Below are positions 47,781 to 55,614 of a stretch of DNA of 64,000 nt, one piece after another. Below the pieces are notes generated by a model, which saw only the letters and a list, made by a program, of their open reading frames with translations, did not search any database and was not told the DNA's origin. The stretch's first letter is position 1. Each line of letters starts with the position of its first letter. The stretch lies in assembly GCA_903859215.1 (NCBI GenBank), contig CAIOLW010000365.1:854-64853 (forward strand), written 5' to 3'. The DNA is from an uncultured bacterium (GTDB lineage: Bacteria; Krumholzibacteriota; Krumholzibacteriia; LZORAL124-64-63). The translations under genes were made by a program, and so were the position numbers.

Positions 47781-49319
47781 ATGAAAAGCCCGACCCGCCA
47801 CCCCCTGGCTGTGGCGAACATGGTCACCGCCGCCCTGGCCCTGGTTGCGGCGATCGGCGCCACGGGGACGCGTGCCCTTGCCGAGATGATCGTCGTTTCC
47901 ACGGTCCCGACCGCCGGAATGCAGCAGTTCCCGGCCGACCTGCCCGTTTCCGCCTCGCACGGCTTCTGGAACCCGGATCAGGACGGACCCTGCATCACGC
48001 CGGTGCAACATGCGGAGATCGAGGCCTACCTGGCCGCGAACGTCGCGGACCTGAAGGCGCGCGGCCTGTTGCCGGAAACACCGGACAAGGCGGCCGGCGT
48101 CCTGCTGCAGTGGCCCGTGAAGGCGGCGCCCGGCCTGGACGATCCGGGCGTGCACGGCATCTCGAACTTCGTCGACGAGAACCTGGCCTATCCCAACCAG
48201 GTGCGGGACTACAACTGCGGCACGCGCACCTACGACAATGCCAGCGCCTACAACCACGCGGGCACCGACATCTTTTCGTGGCCCTTCCCGTGGTACCGGA
48301 TGGACCATGACCAGGTGCAGGTCGTGGCCGCGGCCCCCGGCGTGATCATCGGCAAGGACGACGGCAACTACGACCGCAGGTGCAGCGGGTCGGGGCTCCT
48401 GTGGAACGCCGTGTACGTCCAGCATGCCGACGGCTCGGTCGCCTGGTACGGCCACCTGAAGAAACTTTCTCTGACGGCCAAAAACATCGGCGATCCGGTG
48501 GCGGTCGGCGAGTACATCGGCATCGTCGGCAGCAGCGGCAACAGCAGCGGGCCGCACCTGCACCTGGAGATCTACGACAACGCCGGCCACCTGGTCGATC
48601 CGTGGCTGGGCGCCTGCAACACGATGAACCCGGACGGCTGGTGGGCCGCGCAGCGCCCGTACTACGATTCGGCGATCAACGCACTGCGCACGCATTCGAT
48701 CGCGCCGGTATTGCCGGCCTGCCCGAACGCCGAGACCATCAACGAGAACCGCTACTTCGCGCCGGGCGGACTGGCCTTCTTTTCCGCCTACTACCGCGAC
48801 CAGCGGCAGGGGCAGCTGAGCACCTACGAAGTCCTGCGCCCGAACGGCACGGTCTGGCAGCAGTGGACAGCGTCGCTCGGCGTCCCCTATTACGCGGCAT
48901 CGTATTGGTACTGGAGCTGGTACCTGCCGGTCGATGCGGAGACGGGTACATGGACGTTCCGCGTCACCTACGAGGGCCAGGTGGTCACCCGCACCTTCGG
49001 CGTGGGCGTTGTGGCGGACGCGCCGCTGGCCGTGGCGGGCGGGGTCACGGCGCTGCACCCGGCCGAGCCCAATCCGTTCAATCCTTCGACGACGATCCGC
49101 TTCTCGCTGGGTGAGGCGGGGCCGGCGCAGTTGAGCGTCCACGACCTGCAGGGGCGGCGCATCGCCACGCTGCGCGAGGGCGTGCTGCCGGCCGGCGAAC
49201 AATCGGTGGTGTGGAATGGACGTGGCGTCGGGGGCGCACTGATGGGCAGCGGCGTGTACCTGGTGCATTTGCGCAGCGGCGGCCGTGATCATGTGGAACG
49301 GGTCGTTTTGCTGAAATGA
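47781..49319 (+). CDS. secreted M23-family peptidase with a FlgD-Ig/T9SS-type C-terminal domain
   Basis: ATG at 47781. Signal peptide, M23 motifs HAGTD and GPHLHLEI. C-terminal AEPNPFNPSTTIRFSLG...GVYLVHLRSGGRDHVERVVLLK. Confidence 0.85.
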   Translation: MKSPTRHPLAVANMVTAALALVAAIGATGTRALAEMIVVSTVPTAGMQQFPADLPVSASHGFWNPDQDGPCITPVQHAEIEAYLAANVADLKARGLLPETPDKAAGVLLQWPVKAAPGLDDPGVHGISNFVDENLAYPNQVRDYNCGTRTYDNASAYNHAGTDIFSWPFPWYRMDHDQVQVVAAAPGVIIGKDDGNYDRRCSGSGLLWNAVYVQHADGSVAWYGHLKKLSLTAKNIGDPVAVGEYIGIVGSSGNSSGPHLHLEIYDNAGHLVDPWLGACNTMNPDGWWAAQRPYYDSAINALRTHSIAPVLPACPNAETINENRYFAPGGLAFFSAYYRDQRQGQLSTYEVLRPNGTVWQQWTASLGVPYYAASYWYWSWYLPVDAETGTWTFRVTYEGQVVTRTFGVGVVADAPLAVAGGVTALHPAEPNPFNPSTTIRFSLGEAGPAQLSVHDLQGRRIATLREGVLPAGEQSVVWNGRGVGGALMGSGVYLVHLRSGGRDHVERVVLLK

Positions 49320-49397
49320 CATCGGGTGGCGCGGCAAACGATTGCATGCGGGATTGGGTCGCGGGTTGACCCGCGGTTGACCCGCGCGGTTTGCGGC

Positions 49398-49430
49398 AAA
49401 AAAGACGAGCCGCCGACCCCGGCAACTCGT
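49398..49430 (-). terminator. intrinsic terminator copy (orphan, downstream of the tRNA-Pro fragment)
   Basis: On the minus strand: ACGAGTTGCCG-GGGT-CGGCGGCTCGT followed by a T run. Confidence 0.5.
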
Positions 49431-49449
49431 TGCATCTTAGCAAATTAAG

Positions 49450-49497
49450 TGGTCGGGACGGCGAGATTTGAACTCGCGACCCCTAGCTCCCAATCGG
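49450..49497 (-). pseudogene. 3' fragment of a tRNA-Pro gene (T arm, acceptor 3' strand, CCA; Pro(UGG)-like anticodon-loop remnant)
   Basis: 35 nt are identical to the 3' end of tRNA-Pro(GGG) at 54978-55012. A further 13 nt resemble an anticodon arm (ATTGGGA-GCTAG). No matching 5' half or acceptor strand upstream. Confidence 0.8.
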
Positions 49498-51090
49498 CCG
49501 CGATACGACACCGCCGCCGGCGAGCGGCACGCCGATGCGAACCAACGTGATGCACGGACCGTCGTGCAGCATTTCGGCACCCGGCGGGACCGGCGCCGAC
49601 ATCGACGGCGCGGCACCCATGCTGGCGGGTGGCGGCAGGGCCTTGGGCAGGCGCTGACCAGGGCCGCTGGTTTCCGCCCGACCCGGTCCCGGCGGGCGGC
49701 CACCCCCTGGACCTGGCGGGGCCTGCAGGCCGGACTTGATCTCGAGAAACAAGACCGCATCGTAGCGCTGCCAGTCGTCGGCCTTCAGGGCCGAGGCCTG
49801 GGCGATCCGGGTGTGAAGCCACCACGCCGTCCACCACTCCACACCATGCGAGGCACAGATCAGCGCGCGCTCGGGTCGCTGAACGTGCGTGGCCAGGCTC
49901 TGCAGTTCCATCATCGCGGCCCGGCTGAGGATGGCACTGCCACCCCGCTCGAGCATCGGCGTGGCGCTGCCGATGGCGCCGACCAGGACCGCGCCGACGA
50001 TGCCCCCGCGGAGCCACCCCGAAGTCAGGTGCAGCAGGGCGAACGCGAGGACCATGACGGCGGGCACGAACGCGATAAGATCGAAGCGCACGGCCTTGTC
50101 GGTACTCCACCACGGGCCGGTCAACGCCAGCACAGTCAGCGCTGCGCCGGCGACGAGCGCGACATCGGCTGCGGGCTGGCCTTTCCGGCGGCGCCACACG
50201 ACGCAGAGCCCTGGAACAACCGCCACGGCGAATGCGAGTGCAGGCAACCAACGCAGCACGTCCATCCCGCCGCCCGGAGGGACCGGCATCTGCTTGCCTT
50301 CGGCGGAGAAGGCCGCCGGGTTCGTGAACGCGGTGATAAGGCGATGGATGCGGGCCGGGTCGAACTTCCACAGCACGAGGGTTCCGACGAGTACGACCAG
50401 CAGTCCTGCCGCGCCCATTCCCGGCAGAACCTGGCGCCAGCCGGCGACGCCCTTCACGGACGTGAACACGAGCGTCGTCGAGGCCAGCAGGACCACCGCC
50501 GCTCCCAGCACACCGACATGGGTCAGGCCGAGCAGCAGCAGGCAACCGAGCACGGCGGCGCCGCGCCTGGGCGTCGGTGCGCCGAGCCAGCGATGCAGCA
50601 GCAGGGCCAGCGCCGCAAACCACACCAGCGCGAGCGAGTTCTTCTGCAGCTCCCCGACCATCCGGAACCATGGCCACGCGAAGCACGCCAGGGCGGCGGC
50701 GGCGAGCGGCACGGCATCACCCCGGCCGCGCACCGCCGCCCACTGCCGCACGAGCCCGAACACGGGCCACGCGACAAGCGGCGGGAGCACGGCGTCGCAC
50801 AATTTCACGCTCCACACGATGGCATCCGCCTGCGCCATTCCGCTGATGCCGGCGATCCCCCACGCCAGCGCCGCGTGAAGGTAGAACACAAGCGGCATGT
50901 CCGGAATGCCGAGCGCGCCGCGTTCCAGGAGCGAACGCGCCTGCACCAGGTAGTAGGCTCCGTTCACTCCGGGCATGTAGGGCGTGTCGAACAGGAGCCA
51001 TGCGCGCGCGGCCGCCGCCACGACTGTGATCCCGAGAACCGGCAGCAGACGCCGACACGAGTTCCCGTTGCAGTTCGTCCTGCCGGGCAT
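49483..51090 (-). CDS. large polytopic membrane protein (GT-C-like fold suspected) with a Pro/Gly-rich C-terminal tail
   Basis: 535 aa with about 11 TM helices, then a soluble region and a low-complexity tail. The stop codon TAG (49483-49485) lies on the edge of the tRNA-Pro fragment. Confidence 0.6.
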   Translation of the reverse strand: MPGRTNCNGNSCRRLLPVLGITVVAAAARAWLLFDTPYMPGVNGAYYLVQARSLLERGALGIPDMPLVFYLHAALAWGIAGISGMAQADAIVWSVKLCDAVLPPLVAWPVFGLVRQWAAVRGRGDAVPLAAAALACFAWPWFRMVGELQKNSLALVWFAALALLLHRWLGAPTPRRGAAVLGCLLLLGLTHVGVLGAAVVLLASTTLVFTSVKGVAGWRQVLPGMGAAGLLVVLVGTLVLWKFDPARIHRLITAFTNPAAFSAEGKQMPVPPGGGMDVLRWLPALAFAVAVVPGLCVVWRRRKGQPAADVALVAGAALTVLALTGPWWSTDKAVRFDLIAFVPAVMVLAFALLHLTSGWLRGGIVGAVLVGAIGSATPMLERGGSAILSRAAMMELQSLATHVQRPERALICASHGVEWWTAWWLHTRIAQASALKADDWQRYDAVLFLEIKSGLQAPPGPGGGRPPGPGRAETSGPGQRLPKALPPPASMGAAPSMSAPVPPGAEMLHDGPCITLVRIGVPLAGGGVVSRPIGS

Positions 51091-51188
51091 TCAGCACCAG
51101 TCCGGATCGGTTGAAACAGCCATCGACGACCGGCAGCCTGAGGCAGGCTGGATGGTGGCAAGGACCGGCATGGCTTTGCCGAGACCGC

Positions 51189-51713
51189 TCATGGGCGCTC
51201 TCCCTTGCGAGGGACAGTCACTGCAGTGCTGATATCCCCCCATCGACCCGACGTATCCGCCACGGACGGCCGGTCCTGAATGGCGGATGGGACCCACTCC
51301 CCTTGATGTCGCACCCGTCCCACGATGGCCGCGACAAGACCGAGCCCTGCGCACACAGCGATGGTCGGCCCCATGCTGGAGTTCTTCGGGGCGCCGGGCT
51401 GTGCGGACTGGTCTGCACTCACCGAGCTCACGATGCCCGCGGCGCCCATGCCAAGGCCGCCGAACTTCGTCCAGGTCCGCATGAACGAGCGCGACCGCCA
51501 GATGTCGACCGAGACGATCTGGTTGCGGGATATCGGGCCAGTGTGGCGGACGAACAGCGAGTCTTCGCTCATCCCGACCACCGTGTCCTCGACGGTGCGT
51601 AGGCCGAGCAGGTGCACGCGCACCCGTTCGCCTGGAACCTGCGCGCCGGCAATCGCTGCGTTCCCCAACATCACGGCCGCGACCAGCCACATGACAATGC
51701 ATCTCGCGTACAA
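51189..51713 (-). CDS. hypothetical exported/membrane protein
   Basis: TTG at 51713 lies 5 nt after GAGGAGG. Signal-like N-terminus (YARCIVMWLVAAVMLGNAAIAGAQ), a Gly-zipper segment and a C-terminal TM helix. No family recognised. Confidence 0.5.
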   Translation of the reverse strand: MYARCIVMWLVAAVMLGNAAIAGAQVPGERVRVHLLGLRTVEDTVVGMSEDSLFVRHTGPISRNQIVSVDIWRSRSFMRTWTKFGGLGMGAAGIVSSVSADQSAQPGAPKNSSMGPTIAVCAGLGLVAAIVGRVRHQGEWVPSAIQDRPSVADTSGRWGDISTAVTVPRKGERP

Positions 51714-51819
51714 GTAGACCTCCTCTGGGATTGCCCAAGTGCCTGCGTGGAATCTGTCTTCGTCGGAGTCTGCCAACCGCGGTTCGTCGACCTCGCGTGG
51801 GGACCGCCCCGCCGGCACG

Positions 51820-53139
51820 CTACCGGGCATTGCGCACAAGCCGGACGAAGTTGTTGATGCGGATGGCATCGCCCTGGGGGCCGCGTCCCAAGGGGAAGTC
51901 CGCGGGATCGCCTTCCTTGGGATCGCTGCGCTGCGCGCCGGCCCCATGAACGTCCAGCCAGGCTGCGGTCGCCGGGTCCCACGGCGCCGTCATGTAGCCC
52001 ATGGCCCGCCCGAAGGCGATGTAGATGGCGGCGCCCTGGATGCCGGTGGAGGACAGGTGGGTGGTCCCGGTCCAGTAGAATGGGAAGTCCGCCTGTCCCG
52101 CCTCATTGGTGATGCCCGTGCACGTGAACAGCGGGTCGATGGCCGCGGACGACGTGGTGGCCGGCGACCTCGTGTAGTCCACGATGGTCTGCAGTTCCTT
52201 GGCATTGGGCAGGCGCCAGTCGTTGTGGCCGAGGTAGTTCCCGGCGTTCTTCGCCTGCGCCCAGGCCAGGGCCTCCTGCCAGTTCAGGCCCCTCCCGCCG
52301 TCATGCTTGGCCCACATCAGGCGGGTGGCCCGGTCCGTGATCGTGGAGTCGCCGTTGTCCACGAAATCGTTGGCGCCATAGGCAGCACCCCGGACGCACT
52401 GCACGAAGAAGGACTTCTCCCCGCCTCCCGGCATGGTCAGGCCGTAACCCTTGATTCGCCCGTCGGCGAAGTTCACGCCGAACAGGGTCTGGTCGCCCAG
52501 CATCGTCGTGCTCACGTATAGGGTGCTGGAGGCATACTGGGCGTCGATGATGCGCTCCCCCGCAGCGACATCGCCGTAACCAAAATCGAAGAACGTGCGA
52601 TCAATGAATGGTGTCAGGCTCGAAGGGTCACTGCCCGGGCCAACATCCGTGCCCCTGAAGTCCATCAGGGAGTAGAGTTCCTTGATGGTCGGCAGCCGCC
52701 AGTCGCTGCAACCCCCGAACCTGGCCGCGTTCAGCACCGCGGGCCTGGCCTGGGCGGCCGACAACGTCATCTTGTCCGCGGCGTTGATGGCGCCGTCGCC
52801 GTTGGTGTCCGGGCTGTGCTGCCAGGTCAGTTCCGTAACGACGTCGCGGACCGTCAGCCCGTCGCTGCTCTTCGTGTAGGCGGGTTGGTTTCCCGCGTAC
52901 TGGGCATCCTGCCCGTAGAAGGCCTGGCCCGCGGCGGGCGACGGGAGTTCCGCGGTCGCGTCGAAACAGGCCGCCTGGCCGGTATCCACGATGGGGTAAC
53001 GGGCGACGTCGCCGACCGCTTCGCTGCTGGTCGGGCTGTCCCCGCACGAGCTGAGAATGATCGTGAGCAGCGCCATCGGCAGGATGCGTCCCGCTAGCAC
53101 GCGCGGCGCCAGTGAACGGTCGGACATTGGGCGAGGCAT
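51820..53139 (-). CDS. DUF1566 (Lcl C-terminal domain)-containing lipoprotein
   Basis: Lipobox ILSSCG and two DWRLP(T/N)xKEL motifs characteristic of DUF1566. 439 aa. Confidence 0.75.
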   Translation of the reverse strand: MPRPMSDRSLAPRVLAGRILPMALLTIILSSCGDSPTSSEAVGDVARYPIVDTGQAACFDATAELPSPAAGQAFYGQDAQYAGNQPAYTKSSDGLTVRDVVTELTWQHSPDTNGDGAINAADKMTLSAAQARPAVLNAARFGGCSDWRLPTIKELYSLMDFRGTDVGPGSDPSSLTPFIDRTFFDFGYGDVAAGERIIDAQYASSTLYVSTTMLGDQTLFGVNFADGRIKGYGLTMPGGGEKSFFVQCVRGAAYGANDFVDNGDSTITDRATRLMWAKHDGGRGLNWQEALAWAQAKNAGNYLGHNDWRLPNAKELQTIVDYTRSPATTSSAAIDPLFTCTGITNEAGQADFPFYWTGTTHLSSTGIQGAAIYIAFGRAMGYMTAPWDPATAAWLDVHGAGAQRSDPKEGDPADFPLGRGPQGDAIRINNFVRLVRNAR

Positions 53140-53215
53140 CGCGCTCCCTCTTCCGCCAAGGTGTGTCTGTTCAAGCCTGGGATCTACCCGGCGTCCGTCC
53201 GGCCAGCCGTGTGCG

Positions 53216-53656
53216 TCACGGCCTTCTCCTCGGGTGTTCGGGTCCGCCCGCGGGCCCTGGCAGCTGACCTGGGTCCTCGAGGGTCTTCTGCCCGATGAAC
53301 TCGTGGAGTCGCTCGACCTGACGTGCGTCGAGCAGCGGCGCGAGGTCGGCGTCCAGGCGCCTGATGTGCTCCAGCAACGAGTCGTGCGCCGCCGACACCG
53401 TCGCGCGATTCGCTGAGTCGGCGGCCATCAGGAACGGTCGCAGCGCGGCGCGTTGCGCGGCGTCGCGCGGTTGCAGAAGGCGCTCCATGTCCGTCACGAA
53501 ACGAGTGGGCCGTCCGTCGGTCGCCGCGCCGGCCTGGCCGGCCGGTCCGTCGGGGCGCGGCGGATGCAGGGCCGCGCCCGCGCCCAGCGCGCCGGCGGCG
53601 GCGCCCAGCAGGAAGGTGGCGGCAAGAACAAGAACGGCTTTCCTGTCGATGCGCAT
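53216..53656 (-). CDS. periplasmic Spy/CpxP-like (heavy-metal-sensor-like) helical protein
   Basis: 146 aa with a signal/TM segment, then helical repeats with LxxxQ-like motifs. This is the typical third gene of ECF sigma operons. The family assignment is tentative. Confidence 0.45.
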   Translation of the reverse strand: MRIDRKAVLVLAATFLLGAAAGALGAGAALHPPRPDGPAGQAGAATDGRPTRFVTDMERLLQPRDAAQRAALRPFLMAADSANRATVSAAHDSLLEHIRRLDADLAPLLDARQVERLHEFIGQKTLEDPGQLPGPAGGPEHPRRRP

Positions 53657-53662
53657 GCGTGG

Positions 53663-54049
53663 CTACTCCTGGTGCGACACGGTGATCGTGCCGAGTCCGT
53701 AGATGGCGTCGAGCGATCCCGGCGCCGCGCTGGCGTACGTCAACATCGTCGTCTCGCTCGCGGTCGATGCGCCGATGAGTGCCTGCACAATGGTCTGCCC
53801 CTCGCGACGGTTCCCCACGTTGTGCACCGCGAGGACGAGCACTGCGGCCGCGACCGGCGGCGCGAGCCGGAGAAAGAGACGGTTGACGGCGACGCTGAAT
53901 GCCACCGTCTCGGCCGCGCCCCCGGTGAACGCCCGTTCCGCGCGCCATCGCGCCACGGCGCGGTCAGCGAATCCCGGGTCGAAACGATCGCGGCGCGATC
54001 CGGCAAGCGCGTCGTGCAGTCGTTGCTGGTCTTCAGGGCGGTATGTCAC
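53663..54049 (-). CDS. putative anti-sigma factor (single-pass membrane protein)
   Basis: 128 aa. GTGA overlap with the ECF sigma stop, a cytoplasmic N-terminus, one TM helix (LAPPVAAAVLVLAV) and a short external tail. Confidence 0.5.
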   Translation of the reverse strand: MTYRPEDQQRLHDALAGSRRDRFDPGFADRAVARWRAERAFTGGAAETVAFSVAVNRLFLRLAPPVAAAVLVLAVHNVGNRREGQTIVQALIGASTASETTMLTYASAAPGSLDAIYGLGTITVSHQE

Positions 54050-54612
54050 GGTGACTCCGGTCCGAGCGCTGTCTTGAGTTTGGCGAGAGCCCGTGTGAGC
54101 CGGCTCATCACCGTGCCTTCGGGAACGCCGAGCAGTTCGGCCGTGTCGCGGGTGGAGCGCTCTTCGAGGATGCGAAGCACGACCACGGCCTTGTGCTTGG
54201 CATCCAACGATTCGACGGCCTGACGGACGGTTTCATTCCGTTCGCTCGTCTCCACCGGATCGGTGGTGTCCGGCGAGGCGAGTTGGACCTCTTCGTCCGC
54301 GCCGCCGCCGGTCAGTCGATGCCAGCGGGACTGCTTCCTGCGGCGTTCGAGGACGTCGCACGAGAGATTGATGGCGATGCGGGTGAGGTACGTGCGCAGC
54401 TGGGCATCGCCGCGAAAGGCCGCCTTCGCGCCGAAGAGCCTGACGAAGGTCATCTGCCCGACGTCGTCGGCATCATCGCCCGGTCCGAGCATGGCCGTGA
54501 CCACGCGCGCCACGGCCTGCTCGTGGCGTTCGACGAGGGCGCGATACGCCGATTCGTCGCCGTCCGCCGCGCGCAGGAGAAGCTGGCGATCGTCGAGGTT
54601 GCGATGATTCAT
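54046..54612 (-). CDS. ECF-type RNA polymerase sigma factor (sigma-70 family, group 4)
   Basis: Region 2 (DADDVGQMTFVRLF, LRTYLTRIAIN) and region 4 (RSTRDTAELLGVPEGTVMSRLTRALAKL). First ATG is at 54612; the track start is TTG 54630. Confidence 0.88.
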   Translation of the reverse strand: MNHRNLDDRQLLLRAADGDESAYRALVERHEQAVARVVTAMLGPGDDADDVGQMTFVRLFGAKAAFRGDAQLRTYLTRIAINLSCDVLERRRKQSRWHRLTGGGADEEVQLASPDTTDPVETSERNETVRQAVESLDAKHKAVVVLRILEERSTRDTAELLGVPEGTVMSRLTRALAKLKTALGPESP

Positions 54613-54620
54613 GACCGTTG

Positions 54621-54646
54621 GACGCCTCAACGTGCCGTTTCATTCC
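54621..54646 (-). promoter_or_regulatory. candidate ECF-type promoter GGAAT-N17-CGTC immediately upstream of the ECF sigma ATG
   Basis: On the minus strand: GGAAT (54646-54642), a 17-nt spacer, CGTC (54624-54621), then 8 nt to the ATG. Confidence 0.3.
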
Positions 54647-54888
54647 ATCTGGAATTGCATGCTTCGGTGAGTATCGCCGGGTATAGGGCTTCGCTCCAGG
54701 CCGTTTCGCCTGGATCGGAGTCCTTGGCAATGGCGTCAACCGGCTTCGGGCCCAGCGCCGGCACACCCCCCAGCCGCCGCTGTGAGCGCGTCATCCGACC
54801 ATTCCGCCCGCGTCAGGTTTACTCACGGCTCCTCATGCGAGGCGGGCTTCGCCGGACTGCCCAGCACATGTCGCAGGAGAAAGGGACC

Positions 54889-55025
54889 TCGGTTGACCGT
54901 GGGTTGCCCCGCGCCGTTCCTGGCAAAAAAAGACGAGCCGCCGACCCCGGCAACTCGTTGCATCTGCATAAATTAAGTGGTCGGGACGGCGAGATTTGAA
55001 CTCGCGACCCCTTGCCCCCCATGCA
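54889..55025. repeat. direct repeat copy B (terminator + 3' part of the intact tRNA-Pro(GGG))
   Basis: See copy A. The core 54922-55012 is near-identical to 49395-49484. Confidence 0.9.
54925..54958 (-). terminator. intrinsic terminator of tRNA-Pro(GGG)
   Basis: On the minus strand: an 11-bp stem (ACGAGTTGCCG / CGGCGGCTCGT) with a GGGT loop, followed by CTTTTTTT. Confidence 0.7.
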
Positions 55026-55054
55026 AGTGCGCTACCGGGCTGCGCCACGTCCCG
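54978..55054 (-). tRNA. tRNA-Pro (anticodon GGG)
   Basis: Reverse complement: acceptor CGGGACG/CGTCCCG, anticodon arm CTTGC-ATGGGGG-GCAAG, T arm GCGAG-TTCAAAT-CTCGC. Encoded CCA, 77 nt. Confidence 0.88.
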
Positions 55055-55177
55055 ACCAAATCGATTCAGCGTGCCGGCCCGAAGCCGGCGGGGGTTCTCC
55101 GCTGGGAGGCGACAATCTAATACGGCCCCCCGGCCGGGACAAGCACCAATCCCGCTGCGGGGCTGCGTGCGAAAGCC

Positions 55178-55612
55178 CTAGCTCTTGCCCGCCATCTTCT
55201 TGAGCGGCGCGGCTTTGCCGGGCCCGAGTTGGCGCACCATCTCCAGGATGGCCTGCAATTCAGTGCGCACCATCGCCAACTGCTCGCGGGCCTGCCCGGT
55301 CAGGGCCACTTCGCCCTCGGCGTGGAGTTCGAGATCGATCTGCGGGTCGCCGGCCGGGGCCGCCTCCGCGGGCTTGGCCTCGCGCAGCGCCTTGCGGGCG
55401 CCGGCAATCTTGAAGCCCTTGTCGTAGAGCAGTTCCTTGATGGCCAGCACGGATTCGATGTCGACGGGGCGATAGCGGCGGCTGCCTGCACGGGTCTTGC
55501 GCGGGTGCAGGGTCGGGAACTCCGACTCCCAGTAGCGCAAAACGTGCGCCTTGACGCCGGTGATCCCGGCGACTTCGCTGATCGAGTAGTAGAGCTTCTT
55601 GGGGTAGTCCAT
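55178..55612 (-). CDS. MerR-family transcriptional regulator
   Basis: 144 aa with the N-terminal [27 protein letters not shown] and [18 protein letters not shown]. Confidence 0.85.
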   Translation of the reverse strand: MDYPKKLYYSISEVAGITGVKAHVLRYWESEFPTLHPRKTRAGSRRYRPVDIESVLAIKELLYDKGFKIAGARKALREAKPAEAAPAGDPQIDLELHAEGEVALTGQAREQLAMVRTELQAILEMVRQLGPGKAAPLKKMAGKS

Positions 55613-55614
55613 GG

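Larger units (their letters stand above)
49362..49497. repeat. direct repeat copy A (terminator copy + 3' tRNA-Pro fragment)
   Basis: 49395-49484 is near-identical to 54922-55012 (1 indel, one 4-nt substitution). Weaker similarity extends back to about 49362 and forward to about 49497. Confidence 0.9.
49498..54888. mobile_element. possible integrase-less genomic islet bounded by tRNA-Pro-derived direct repeats
   Basis: Position between the two direct repeats and accessory-type cargo. No recombinase gene detected, so mobility is only inferred. Confidence 0.3.

Noticed and set aside
49498-54888. Search for an integrase, transposase, phage or conjugation gene that would make the repeat-bounded segment a bona fide mobile element.
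   Set aside because: No ORF in any frame showed recombinase-like motifs that I could recognise. The mobile-element call is therefore kept at low confidence.
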